DNA of 64,000 bases from Dehalococcoidia bacterium (GCA_964291495.2 OZ219871.1:1-64000); one strand, 5' to 3'; positions 32,642-42,420 are shown, counted from the first letter of the stretch. Notes: generated by a model not told the origin, from the sequence alone. Program-made: numbers and translations.

Positions 32642-33997
32642 TCAGGCGCTCGCCCGCCCCGCCGCAGCCGTCTCTTCCTCCAGGTACGGCATGATCGCTT
32701 CCATCAGGTCGGTCCGTGAGTCCAGCGTGCGGCCGATCCCCGACAGCAGCCCCATCACCCTCGCGATCAGCACCACGTCGCCGGGCACCTCGACCAGCGG
32801 GTTCGCGCGGAGCACACGACCGAGCCGCACGTTGACCTCGGCGAAGAGCCGCTGATCGGCGTACGCCTGGCCGGAGCGCAGCACCTCGCCGAGGAACGCC
32901 TCGCCCAGCTCGTAGTAGGTCTCCTCGTCGCGCACACGCGTGCGGAAGCCCATGTCCTCCATCGCCGAGGACACCTCGGCGCGATGCTGCGCGATGATCG
33001 CGCTGGTCAGCACCACCACCTGCTGCCGGAACTCGTCCGGCAGCCGTTTCGTCAGCCCGAAGTCGACGAGCCCGATGCGGTCCGGCAGACCTTCCTCCGA
33101 GGGCAGCACGAAGAGGTTGCCCGGGTGCGGGTCGGCGTGGAACATGCCGCGCCGCAGGATCATCACGTTGTAGATGTCGATCAGCGAGTCCGCGACCTGC
33201 CTCGCATCGACGCCCGCCTCGTGCAGCGCCTCGACGTTCGTGATCTTGATGCCGTCGAGGTAGTCCATCGTCAGCACGCGAAGGCTGGAACGCTCCCAGT
33301 AGATACGCGGGACCACCACATCCTCGCGGTGATCCAGGAGCGCGGCGATCTCCTCGGCGGCTCGGCCCTCGTGCACGAAGTCGATCTCGTCAGGCGCGTT
33401 GCGCTGCATCTCGGCGGCGATCGGGCGGAAGTCGATCACCGTCTCGATACGCGCCCAGATCGCCGTCAGCCAGCCGATCGTCTCGAGGTCCCAGTGCACG
33501 ATCCGCTCGATGCCGGGGTACTGCACCTTGACCGCGACGTCCGTGCCGTCGTGCAGCCTCGCGCGATGGACCTGCGCGAGCGAGGCCGCGGCGACGGCCA
33601 CCGTGTCGAACTCGGCGAACAGCTCCTCGACGGGTCCACCCAGCTCCTGCTCGACCAGCGGCCGCAGCTCCTCCCAGGGCCGCGGGGGGACCGCGTCGTG
33701 CAGCAGCGAGAGCGTCTCGACGTACTCCTCGCGCAGGATGTCGGCGCGGCTGCCGAGGAACTGCATCGCCTTGATGATCAGCCCCTGCTGGCGGATCGAG
33801 CGGCGCACCATGGCGCGAGCAGCGGCGAGGTGGAAGCGCTCGGTCGCCTCGGGAAGCTCGGAGCGCAGCAGGCGGCGCCTCAGCCTGAGCCAGCGCCAGC
33901 GCAGCCAGAGCAGCACCACGGTCGTCGCCATCGGCGCGAAGCGCCGCCAGCGGCCGGAGGGCGGGCGCGGCGGATCGCCGTCGCGAAGGTGGCTCAT
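32642..33997 (-). CDS. ABC1/UbiB/AarF-family atypical kinase
   Basis: AAASLAQVHRA, VAVKVQYPG, FHADPHPGN, VDFG. Confidence 0.92.
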   Translation of the reverse strand: MSHLRDGDPPRPPSGRWRRFAPMATTVVLLWLRWRWLRLRRRLLRSELPEATERFHLAAARAMVRRSIRQQGLIIKAMQFLGSRADILREEYVETLSLLHDAVPPRPWEELRPLVEQELGGPVEELFAEFDTVAVAAASLAQVHRARLHDGTDVAVKVQYPGIERIVHWDLETIGWLTAIWARIETVIDFRPIAAEMQRNAPDEIDFVHEGRAAEEIAALLDHREDVVVPRIYWERSSLRVLTMDYLDGIKITNVEALHEAGVDARQVADSLIDIYNVMILRRGMFHADPHPGNLFVLPSEEGLPDRIGLVDFGLTKRLPDEFRQQVVVLTSAIIAQHRAEVSSAMEDMGFRTRVRDEETYYELGEAFLGEVLRSGQAYADQRLFAEVNVRLGRVLRANPLVEVPGDVVLIARVMGLLSGIGRTLDSRTDLMEAIMPYLEEETAAAGRASA

Positions 33998-34044
33998 CGC
34001 GCCTCCGGGGTGCGCACGCCGCTCACTGCGGTACGATCCGATCC

Positions 34045-35247
34045 ATGGCGGTCTTCAATCCGTTCCTGCCCTCGTTCCAGGCCGATCCGTATCCCCAGTA
34101 CGCCGCGCTGCGCGCCGCCGACCCCGTGCACTACAGCCTCGCGCTCCAAGCCTGGGTGCTGACCGCCTACGAGGACTGCGCGCTGGTCCTGCGCGACGAC
34201 GAGACCTTCTCCTCGAGCTCCAACACGGCCTCGGGGCAGCTGGCGGAGGTGCTGCAGCAGCAGCGTCGCGAGTTTCCACTGGGCGAGACGCCGACCGTCC
34301 TCAACTCCGACCCGCCCGTGCACACCCGCCTCCGCGGCCTGCTCAATCGCGCCTTCACCCCGCGCGCCATCGAGGGCCTGCGCCCGCGCATCGAGGAGAT
34401 TGCCGCCTCGCTGCTGGACGACGTCGACGCCTCGAACGGGCGCTTCGACGTCGCCCGCGGCTTCGCGCAACCCCTCCCGATCATCGTAATCGCGGAGCTG
34501 CTGGGCGTCCCGCCCGAGGATCGCGACCGCTTCAAGCGCTGGTCCGTCGCGATCGCGCGCACCACGGACGTGCTCAACACGCCCGCCATCCTCGACGCCG
34601 CGCGCGAGGCCACCCGCGAGCTGATCGCCTATATGGACGAGGTGGTGGCGCAGCGCCGCCGCGCCCCGGGCGCCGACATCCTCACGGCCCTCGCCGCGGC
34701 CGAGGAGGAGGGCGAGCGCCTCTCGCACGACGAGTTGCTCGCCTTCTCGATCCTCTTGCTGCTCGCCGGGCACGAGACCACCACCAACCTGATCGGCAAC
34801 GGTCTGCTCGCCCTTGCCGCACGTCCGGAGCTGGTCGCGAGGCTGCGCGCCGAGCCTTCGCTGCTGCCCTCGGCGGTCGAGGAGCTGCTGCGCTACGACA
34901 GCAGCGTGCAGGGCGTCGTGCGCTTCGCGCGGCGGCGCACGGAGCTGGGCGGCCGCACGATCGAGCAGGGCGCGGCGCTACTGCCGATGGTCGGCGCCGC
35001 CAACCGCGACCCGGCGCAGTTCAGCGAGCCGGACGAGCTCGACCTCGCCCGCTCGCCGAACCGCCACCTCGCGTTCGGGCGCGGGATCCACTTCTGCCTC
35101 GGCGCCCCGCTCTCCCGCCTCGAGGGCGAGATCGCCTTCGGCGCGCTGCTCGATCGCTTCCCGCAGCTGCGCGTCGCCGAGGACGGCGTGGAGCGCAGCG
35201 GCACGCTGCTGCTGCGCGGCGTCGGCCGGCTCGAGCTGGAGGTCTGA
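34045..35247 (+). CDS. Cytochrome P450
   Basis: DPPVHTRLR, AGHETT, EELLRY, FGRGIHFCLG heme motif. Confidence 0.95.
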   Translation: MAVFNPFLPSFQADPYPQYAALRAADPVHYSLALQAWVLTAYEDCALVLRDDETFSSSSNTASGQLAEVLQQQRREFPLGETPTVLNSDPPVHTRLRGLLNRAFTPRAIEGLRPRIEEIAASLLDDVDASNGRFDVARGFAQPLPIIVIAELLGVPPEDRDRFKRWSVAIARTTDVLNTPAILDAAREATRELIAYMDEVVAQRRRAPGADILTALAAAEEEGERLSHDELLAFSILLLLAGHETTTNLIGNGLLALAARPELVARLRAEPSLLPSAVEELLRYDSSVQGVVRFARRRTELGGRTIEQGAALLPMVGAANRDPAQFSEPDELDLARSPNRHLAFGRGIHFCLGAPLSRLEGEIAFGALLDRFPQLRVAEDGVERSGTLLLRGVGRLELEV

Positions 35248-35288
35248 GCCGTGCAGGAACGGCCAGGCGCTGTGGCAGAATGCGCGCC

Positions 35289-35654
35289 ATGAGCGAGACG
35301 ACGGGCTACGACAGCAGCAACGTCTTCGCGCGCATCCTGCGCGACGAGATCCCGAGCGACCGCGTCTACGAGGACGACGAGTTCATCGCCTTCCGCGACA
35401 TCAACCCCGCCGCGCCCACGCACATCGTGCTGATCCCGCGCGGCGAGCCGCCTGCCGGCCCCGGCGGCCTCGATGACGGCGACGCCGGCTGGGCGGGCCG
35501 GATGCTGGTCGTCGCCTCGCGGATCGCGGCGGAGCAGGGGCTGGCGGCGAACGGCTACCGGCTGGTGCTCAACAACGGGCGCGACGCCGGTCAGGAAGTG
35601 CCGCACATCCACATGCACATCCTCGGCGGCGGCCCGCTTGGCCCGATCGCCTGA
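35289..35654 (+). CDS. HIT-family nucleotide hydrolase
   Basis: VFARILRDEIP, AFRDINPAAPTH, QEVPHIHMHILGG. Confidence 0.93.
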   Translation: MSETTGYDSSNVFARILRDEIPSDRVYEDDEFIAFRDINPAAPTHIVLIPRGEPPAGPGGLDDGDAGWAGRMLVVASRIAAEQGLAANGYRLVLNNGRDAGQEVPHIHMHILGGGPLGPIA

Positions 35655-35732
35655 GGCCGCGCGCAGCGAGGCGCCATCGCGGGCTCCGGGCGCAAGCGAA
35701 GGGCGCGCGTGTACCCTAGTGCGGCCGCGCGG

Positions 35733-35809
35733 GGGCCCGTAGCTCAGCGGCCTAGAGCAGTCGGCTCATAACCGATCGGTCCCAGGTTCGAATCCTGGCG
35801 GGCCCACCA
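35733..35809 (+). tRNA. tRNA with CAT anticodon, probably tRNA-Ile2 (lysidine) rather than Met
   Basis: GGGCCCG/CGGGCCC acceptor stem, TAGCTCAG, anticodon loop CTCATAA, GGTTCGAATCC, encoded CCA; C4-G69 and C5-G68 fit TilS determinants; no initiator features. Confidence 0.93.
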
Positions 35810-35934
35810 ACACGTACGGAACTCATAGCTCCGCCTGAGAGAGCCACGCCGCCCGGGTGCACGGCTTCCGACGGGCCGGACCGCGCCACCTTCCCCGCCC
35901 GGCGACCCGCGCACGCGCCACCCGGTGCCGCATC

Positions 35935-35969
35935 GCCTTATTGACACTCTGTATCAATAAGGCCATGCT
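35935..35969 (+). promoter_or_regulatory. Palindromic operator (Fur/Zur-box-like) overlapping a sigma70 -35 element
   Basis: GCCTTATTGA-N9-TCAATAAGGC perfect 10-bp inverted repeat; TTGACA at 35941, CATGCT 17 bp later. Confidence 0.7.
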
Positions 35970-36005
35970 CGACGGTCACGAGCAAGAACTCGGGAGGAAC
36001 GTCGC

Positions 36006-37172
36006 GTGAGCAAGAAAAGCAGACTACGGCGGCGGGAGCAGGCCCCGAAGCGGTCGCGCCTCCACCAGGTCGCGATCGTGGGCGCGGGACCGGCCGGACT
36101 TGGCTGCGCGGTTGCCCTCAAGGAGTTTGGCGTCCGCGACATCACCATCCTCGATCGCCATGAGGTCGGCGCCTCCTTCCGGCGCTGGCCGCAAGAGATG
36201 CGCTTCATCACGCCGTCGTTCACTGCGAACGCGTTCGGGTTGCTCGACCTCAATGCGATCGTCCCCAACACGTCGCCCGCCTACACGCTCGACCGCGAAC
36301 ACCCCAGCGGGATCGCCTACGCGCAGTACCTCGACAACATCGTTCACCACTTCGCGCTCCAGGTGAAGTCCGGCATCGATGTCTGCGCCGTCACGGTCGA
36401 GGATGACGGAACGTTCACGCTCACGACGACCGACCGCCCGGTGCGGGCGCGGCACTTGATCTGGGCGGCCGGGGAGTTCCAGTACCCGGACCGCGACCCG
36501 TTCGCGGGCGCGGAATCCTGCTGCCACTCCTCCGAGGTCCGCACCTGGCAGGACCTCGAGGGTGACCGTTTCACGGTGATCGGCGGCTACGAGAGCGCCG
36601 CGGACGCGGCCGTCTCGCTGGTGCAGCTGGGGAAGAACGTGACCGTGCTGGCGCGATATGCGACGTGGAAGCGAGAAGACCCGGACCCCAGCATCTCCCT
36701 CTCCCCGTTCTCCCGCGAGCGCCTGGAATGGGCCGATTCCGTGGGGGCGCTGGACCTCGTCGCCGATGTCGACATCACGTCAGTGCGCGTGGACGGTGAC
36801 ACGTGGGTCGCCCAGGCCTCGGACGGCCGCGAGTGGGCGAGCGAGACACGTCCGATCCTGGCCACCGGCTTTAGGGGATCGCTCAAGCCCCTCGACGGCC
36901 TGATTGAGTACGGCGAGGGCGGCGCCCCCGTCGTCACGGAAGAGGCCGACGAGTCCACGCTTGTGCCGGGCCTGTTCATCTCCGGCCCCGCACTCGAGCA
37001 CCGGGGCGTGAACTTCTGCTTCATTTACAAGTTCCGCCAGCGCTTCGCCATCGTCGCCGATGCAATCGCACAGCGCCTCGGAAGGGACACCACGGAAGCC
37101 GTTGAGGCCCACCGAGCGGCGGGGATGTACCTGGACGACCTCTCGTGCTGCGTGGAGTCCTGTGCGTGCTGA
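36006..37172 (+). CDS. NAD(P)/FAD-dependent oxidoreductase (pyridine nucleotide-disulfide/FMO-like) with Cys-rich C-terminus
   Basis: IVGAGPAG, WAAGEFQYP, VIGGYESA, LATGF, FCFIYKFRQRF, DDLSCCVESCAC. Confidence 0.88.
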   Translation: MSKKSRLRRREQAPKRSRLHQVAIVGAGPAGLGCAVALKEFGVRDITILDRHEVGASFRRWPQEMRFITPSFTANAFGLLDLNAIVPNTSPAYTLDREHPSGIAYAQYLDNIVHHFALQVKSGIDVCAVTVEDDGTFTLTTTDRPVRARHLIWAAGEFQYPDRDPFAGAESCCHSSEVRTWQDLEGDRFTVIGGYESAADAAVSLVQLGKNVTVLARYATWKREDPDPSISLSPFSRERLEWADSVGALDLVADVDITSVRVDGDTWVAQASDGREWASETRPILATGFRGSLKPLDGLIEYGEGGAPVVTEEADESTLVPGLFISGPALEHRGVNFCFIYKFRQRFAIVADAIAQRLGRDTTEAVEAHRAAGMYLDDLSCCVESCAC

Positions 37173-37191
37173 CCGATCTGACATCGCTGTC

Positions 37192-38397
37192 ATGGCGCCT
37201 CCCGCCACGTCGCTCCCCGGACGTGCGAGCGGTGGCAGGTCCGTGCCGATTCGTGCCATAGCGGGGCAGCTTGCGAAGAGCGGGAGCTTCCGCCGGCGCG
37301 GACTCCTCGACCACGCGGTCGCAGGTCCGGCGACAGCGGCCGTCCTCCTGATCCTTCCCGCTCTACTCGCGGTGCTCGGCGCGAACCAGGCCGCCGCCTG
37401 GCTTGATCCGCTGGCCGTGGCGGGCACGACACCCCTGGTCGAGCGGATCGAGGGCTGGCCGGGACTGCTCGGCGCGGTGCTCGCCGGTGACTACGGACTG
37501 CTCACGATGGGGCCGCTGCTGTTCGTCTGGGCGGTCCCGACTGTGCTGGTCTACTCGGCGCTGATCAGCGTCTACAAGGCGAGCGGCCTCGCCGACCGCA
37601 TCGGGACGGCGCTCCACCCCCTGTTGCGGCCGGTCGGCCTGCACGGGCGCGACGTGACACGGGTGCTGATGGGCTTCGGCTGCAACGTCCCGGCAATCGT
37701 CGCGACCCGCTCCTGCGCTGCCTGCACCCGGCCGACGACCGTCGGGGCGATCTCCTTCGGATCCGCCTGCTCGTACCAGCTCGGCGCGACGCTCGCGGTG
37801 TTCGCCGCTGCTGGCAAGAGCGGTCTCGTTGTGCCGTACCTGGCGCTGCTCGTGGGGGCGACGCTCGTCTACACGCGCCTCATCAGTCAGCCTGCCGCGC
37901 GCTCGCCACTCAACACGCTGCTCATCGAGCCGCGCACCGTCCTCACCTGGCCGTCCTTCGCGGCAGTAGGGGTGGAGGCACGAGGGACGGTCTGGGCGTT
38001 CTTCCGCACGGCGCTCCCGACCTTCTTCGCGATCGCCATGGTTGCCTCGCTCCTCGACTGGTCGGGCGTGCTCGATGCAGCGGGGGGCTTGCTGGCGCCG
38101 GCGATGGCCGTGTTCGCACTGCCGGCGGACGCGGCAATGCCGACCGTGCTCGCCGCTGTCCGCAAGGACGGCATCCTGCTCCTGGCGGAGGCCGGCACCG
38201 TCGCCTCGTTGAGCGCGGCCCAGCTGCTGGTTGCAGTATTCCTCGCCGGAACGGTGCTGCCATGCCTGGTCACCGCGATCACGATTGGACGCGAGCTCGG
38301 GCTACGGTTCGCGGGCAGGCTCGTCGTGAAGCAGTCTGCCTTCGCGGTCACGGTCGCCGCAGCCGTCGGTTGGGCCTCGGCCGCGCTCGGTGGGTGA
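37192..38397 (+). CDS. FeoB-like membrane (gate) domain protein with no GTPase domain
   Basis: LMGFGCNVPAIVATR and LPCLVT FeoB motifs, multiple TM helices; no P-loop. Confidence 0.75.
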   Translation: MAPPATSLPGRASGGRSVPIRAIAGQLAKSGSFRRRGLLDHAVAGPATAAVLLILPALLAVLGANQAAAWLDPLAVAGTTPLVERIEGWPGLLGAVLAGDYGLLTMGPLLFVWAVPTVLVYSALISVYKASGLADRIGTALHPLLRPVGLHGRDVTRVLMGFGCNVPAIVATRSCAACTRPTTVGAISFGSACSYQLGATLAVFAAAGKSGLVVPYLALLVGATLVYTRLISQPAARSPLNTLLIEPRTVLTWPSFAAVGVEARGTVWAFFRTALPTFFAIAMVASLLDWSGVLDAAGGLLAPAMAVFALPADAAMPTVLAAVRKDGILLLAEAGTVASLSAAQLLVAVFLAGTVLPCLVTAITIGRELGLRFAGRLVVKQSAFAVTVAAAVGWASAALGG

Positions 38398-38488
38398 CGG
38401 TCCACGTCCGGCTGCGGGGAAGCTGCACCGCGACAACGGCAGTACAGTACGTGCAGGCCCACCAGGAGCAATTGACTCGAGCACAAGA

Positions 38489-38600
38489 GTGAAGAAGTAC
38501 ATTCTCTTTGACCACGATGGGGTCCTGGTCGAAACAGAACCCTGGTACTACCTGGCGAACCAACGAGCGCTGGCTTCTCTTGGGATTGATCTCCCCCGAG
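38489..38600 (+). pseudogene. N-terminal fragment of a HAD-family phosphatase
   Basis: KKYILFDHDGVLVETEPWYYLANQRAL (motif I), after which similarity ends and the frame runs into the convergent gene; lower GC. Confidence 0.7.
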
Positions 38601-38651
38601 ACAATCGCGCCGCGGGGCAGGCGTCACAACGGTCATCAACCTCGCAGCCGC

Positions 38652-40442
38652 CTAGAACAACCCCTCGAGGTTCTCGCGGAGGTTCCGCCACCAGTCCCGG
38701 TCCGACCCACGATCCGGGACGAACTCGACCGCGTACGTCCCGTCCTCCTCCACTCTGAGCCACCCGCCCAGGGTCACCACGCGGCCCAGAGCGAGTCCTC
38801 CGAGGACCTCCGAGGGGTCGCGCACGCTCACCCGTTGCACGTACTCCTCCCGGTCCACGTCGAGCAGCAGCTCGCCGGCGTCCCGGGAGACGAGCGTGCC
38901 GCGGACCCGCACGCACTGATCGCGGAACAGATCGCCGGCGACCGCGATCTGCGCGGGCGTCGGGATGGGGGGAGACTCGAGCGGACACGGCTTGTCGCGA
39001 GGCGAGACCACGTCGAGGCTGAACAGGACGAGCAGGACCAGCGTCCCGATGGCCACGATGCCGGCCACCCAGGTGAGGCACCCGCGGAGGCACCCGCCGC
39101 CCTTCCCCTCCTGGACCGGCCCCTCCCACCACTGCGTCGGGTAGTCCGTGGGTGGCGCGCCCGCCTGGGCTGCCGGAGGACTGCCCGGCGTCTCCGACTC
39201 ACGCAGCAGCTCCTCGACCTCGAAGCCGGTTTCGCGGCGCGCGGCCGGCTCCGTATCCGGCGCCTGCAACTCGAACAGCCCGATTTCTTCAGTCTCGTCG
39301 GCTCTGCCGCGCTGCGCGGCCGGCTCGGTATCCGGCGACTCCAGATCGAGGAGCTCGAGCTCCAGTTCGTAACCCGACTCCGCGGCTGCTTTCGCCGCAT
39401 CGCCCGACCCTCCGGGAAGGCCCCACCACAGCGCGTGCATGAAGGCGCGATAGGCCGCGTCGAGTTCGGGACCTCTTAGCGAGGATGCCTCGTCGGACCT
39501 GAACCAGCGTGGAGCGGAGGCCGTCACGTCGAGCCACTGCTGGGCCTCACCCAGCGCGACGGCGTACGGCAGCATCGGATCGGATTGGTCCCGACCGCCC
39601 GTCGGCTCAGATCGGGCCTGACCCCCCAGCGCCTCTACCAGACCGAGCCACTGACCAATCTCACGCGCTCCGGCCGGCGTTGGCGTCAGCATGCCCGTCC
39701 GTACCTCCGGCGCCATCCCCAGGTAGACGAGGCCCGAGAACGCGCCGATCAGGGCGCTCGCCCACCACTGGTCCAGCCAGAGCGCCGTCCACAGCCCGGT
39801 CCCGACGCCCATCAGGATCCCGGCGAGCAGGCCCCATCCGGCCGCGTCCTCGTCGTTTTCCCTCCTGACTCGTACCGGGTTGTCATGGAACAGGCCGCGT
39901 TGCTGCAGGTAGTCGCCAATCTGGTCGCCGATGGTGTCCCTGTGCCTGGTTATCCGTTCATCCAGCGCATCGATCGTCGTAGCACCCCTCGGCAGGGTGT
40001 CGCAGATCGTTCGCTCCCAGTCGTACCCCGTCGGGCCTTGCCGGGACAGCCGGTAGAGGTAGCCGACCGGTGTTCCGACGGCGTCGATTTGCAGCGTGCC
40101 GCGCTGGCACATCTCGACGATGGAGGCCAGGATCGTCGGGCTCCAGATCATGTGGCCCTGCAGCGCGGATACCGCCGCCGCGGGCATGGAACCGGACGGC
40201 AAAGTCATCGAGGACCACGGGATCGCCGGCGGAGGCCGGTACTTGGGCCACAGCCACAGCACGATGATGAGCAGTTGCGCCGCGACTATGCCGATCGTTC
40301 GGAAGCCCCATGCGACCAGCTGCTGCCAGTCCATCCCGCGATGGTCGGGGAAGCCGCTCTCGGCTATGACCCCGCCCGGATCCATCGCGAGCAGCAACCC
40401 GACTGTGGCGAGGGCTGCCACCGCTACCAGCAGACTGCCCAT
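38652..40442 (-). CDS. Membrane protein with DUF2207-like region and extra C-terminal domain
   Basis: ASIVEMCQRGTLQI, LTPAG..W, MLPYAVALG; start uncertain (40442 or 40493). Confidence 0.65.
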   Translation of the reverse strand: MGSLLVAVAALATVGLLLAMDPGGVIAESGFPDHRGMDWQQLVAWGFRTIGIVAAQLLIIVLWLWPKYRPPPAIPWSSMTLPSGSMPAAAVSALQGHMIWSPTILASIVEMCQRGTLQIDAVGTPVGYLYRLSRQGPTGYDWERTICDTLPRGATTIDALDERITRHRDTIGDQIGDYLQQRGLFHDNPVRVRRENDEDAAGWGLLAGILMGVGTGLWTALWLDQWWASALIGAFSGLVYLGMAPEVRTGMLTPTPAGAREIGQWLGLVEALGGQARSEPTGGRDQSDPMLPYAVALGEAQQWLDVTASAPRWFRSDEASSLRGPELDAAYRAFMHALWWGLPGGSGDAAKAAAESGYELELELLDLESPDTEPAAQRGRADETEEIGLFELQAPDTEPAARRETGFEVEELLRESETPGSPPAAQAGAPPTDYPTQWWEGPVQEGKGGGCLRGCLTWVAGIVAIGTLVLLVLFSLDVVSPRDKPCPLESPPIPTPAQIAVAGDLFRDQCVRVRGTLVSRDAGELLLDVDREEYVQRVSVRDPSEVLGGLALGRVVTLGGWLRVEEDGTYAVEFVPDRGSDRDWWRNLRENLEGLF

Positions 40443-40796
40443 GGAATCACCTTGCTTCTCGGGTCTTGCTGCCTCAGGGTCTCGGCCGGACAACCGTCGG
40501 TCGTGCCGCTCTCAGCGAGCAGCGTTCGCCACGCGACACGCGCGCCCGGCGGTGTCCGAGGCGATCCCCCAGGGGCAGAGCATAGCGGCGTGGGCGTCCG
40601 GCGCGGCGACCCCGACGTCGCTGGCCTGTCTCCCCCCAGCGGGCGGGCCGAGCTACGGCGGTCCGGGGCTTCATGGCACCGGCCGAGTCACCTGTCGAAC
40701 GCGCCGAGGTGGTGAGGGCCGCGGGGCGCGCCGCTATGCTGCGCCGCGTCGCCGCGCGAATCGCTTTGCGGCCACGTACACGGGAGGGGGGGCCCG

Positions 40797-41000
40797 ATGC
40801 CCGTACCAGACAACGTCGAAGCGACGGTCCGCGCGCTCGTCGACGCGGCGGGACTGCCCGTCAGCGACGAGGAATTCCGGTCGCTCGTCGACGGCTATCC
40901 GACGCTCCGCGAGCTGACCGACCGGCTCTACATCGAGGAGGTCCGCTACGAGGAGCCCGCGCTGATCTTCACGCCCGTCCCGCCGGCGAAGGGTGAGTGA
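40797..41000 (+). CDS. Small amidase-associated protein (GatC/AtzG-like by size and position)
   Basis: 67 aa with strong RBS, overlaps the amidase start, ends EEPALIFTP. Confidence 0.65.
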   Translation: MPVPDNVEATVRALVDAAGLPVSDEEFRSLVDGYPTLRELTDRLYIEEVRYEEPALIFTPVPPAKGE

Positions 41001-42420
41001 GATGACCACACCCCGAACCATCGAATCGGCTGCTGCGGCGCTCCGCAGCGGCGAGGCGAGCAGCGTCGAGCTGACCGAAGAGGCGCTGGAGCGCATCGCC
41101 GCGCTCGACGAGCGTCTCGGCGCGTTCATCGCGGTCAATGAGGCGGGCGCGCTGCAGCAGGCCGAGCAGGCCGACGCCGACCTCGCGGCGGGCGTGGACC
41201 GCGGGCCACTGCAGGGCATCCCGTTCGGTCTCAAGGACATCCTCGCCACGAAGGACCAGCCGACGACGGCCAACTCGCTCATCCTCGACCGCGCATGGGG
41301 CGAGGGCTACGACTCGGTCGTCGCCGAACGCGTCCGCGACGCCGGCGCGGTCATCATGGGCAAGCTCGTGCTCTCCGAGTTCGCCCTCGGCGCGCCGGAC
41401 GAGGAGAAGCCGTTCCCGATCCCGCGGAACCCGTGGCGGCTGGACCGCAGCCCCGGCGGGTCGTCGTCGGGCACGGGCATCGCCGTCTCCACCGGCATGG
41501 TGCTCGGCGGCCTCGGGACCGACACCGGGGGTTCCGTGCGCTTCCCCGCCGCCTACTGCGGGCACAGCGGCCTCAAGGTCAGCTACGGCCGCGTCCCGAA
41601 GTGGGGCTGCGTCCCCCTCGGCTACACGCTCGACTCGATCGGCCCGATGGCGCGCTCGGCCTACGACTGCGGCGCGATCCTCAACGTCATCGCCGGCCAT
41701 GACCCGCGCGACCCCACCGCCTCGGCCGAACCCACCGAGGACTACCTCGCGGGCGTCGAGGGCGGGGTCGCGGGGCTGCGGATGGGCGTGCCGCGCGAGT
41801 ACTTCTTCGACCACGAGGAGCTCGACGCGGAGGTGCGGTTGGCGACCGAGGCGGTGATCGACACGCTCGCCGGCCTCGGCGCGGAGGTCGTCGAGGTGAA
41901 GCTCCCGCACTCGGACATCGCGAAGGAGGCGAACCGGCTGACCATGCTCTGCGAGGCCTTCTCCTACCACCGCATGGACATGGGCAGCGAGCGCTGGACC
42001 GAGTACGGCAAGGGCGCGCGGAGCATGATCAGCCGCGCCGCCCTCTGTTCGGCGGCCGACTACGTCCAGGCTCAGCGCTTCCGCAGCTGGTACGCGAAGC
42101 AGGCCGCGCGCGTCATGGCGGACGTCGACGTGCTCGTCGTGCCGATGACCCACGAGCCGGCGGCCGCACACCCGCCGCCCGACGTGAACCGGCGGCTGAC
42201 GCAGCCGAGCTACGCGGCGCCGTTCAACCTGCTCGGGTATCCCGCGCTCGCGCTGCCGTCGGGGTTCTCCTCCGAGCTCGGACTGCCGCTGTCGGCGCAG
42301 ATCGTCGGGGCGCCATTCGCCGAAGCGCTGCTCGTGCGCATGGGCCGTGCCTATCAGCAGGTGACGGACTGGCACCTGCAGGCGCCGCCGGACGACGCAC
42401 CGGGCGGCGAGGAGGCGTAA
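40993..42420 (+). CDS. Amidase signature family protein
   Basis: GLKD, PGGSSSG, GTDTGGSVRFPAAYCG. Confidence 0.93.
   Translation: MSEMTTPRTIESAAAALRSGEASSVELTEEALERIAALDERLGAFIAVNEAGALQQAEQADADLAAGVDRGPLQGIPFGLKDILATKDQPTTANSLILDRAWGEGYDSVVAERVRDAGAVIMGKLVLSEFALGAPDEEKPFPIPRNPWRLDRSPGGSSSGTGIAVSTGMVLGGLGTDTGGSVRFPAAYCGHSGLKVSYGRVPKWGCVPLGYTLDSIGPMARSAYDCGAILNVIAGHDPRDPTASAEPTEDYLAGVEGGVAGLRMGVPREYFFDHEELDAEVRLATEAVIDTLAGLGAEVVEVKLPHSDIAKEANRLTMLCEAFSYHRMDMGSERWTEYGKGARSMISRAALCSAADYVQAQRFRSWYAKQAARVMADVDVLVVPMTHEPAAAHPPPDVNRRLTQPSYAAPFNLLGYPALALPSGFSSELGLPLSAQIVGAPFAEALLVRMGRAYQQVTDWHLQAPPDDAPGGEEA

Noticed and set aside
37150-37210. C-terminal Sec after CAC-TGA in the flavoprotein
   Set aside because: The downstream hairpin loop (CCUCC) lacks the CGUG pattern, another TGA follows two codons later, and the Cys-rich tail looks like a natural terminus.
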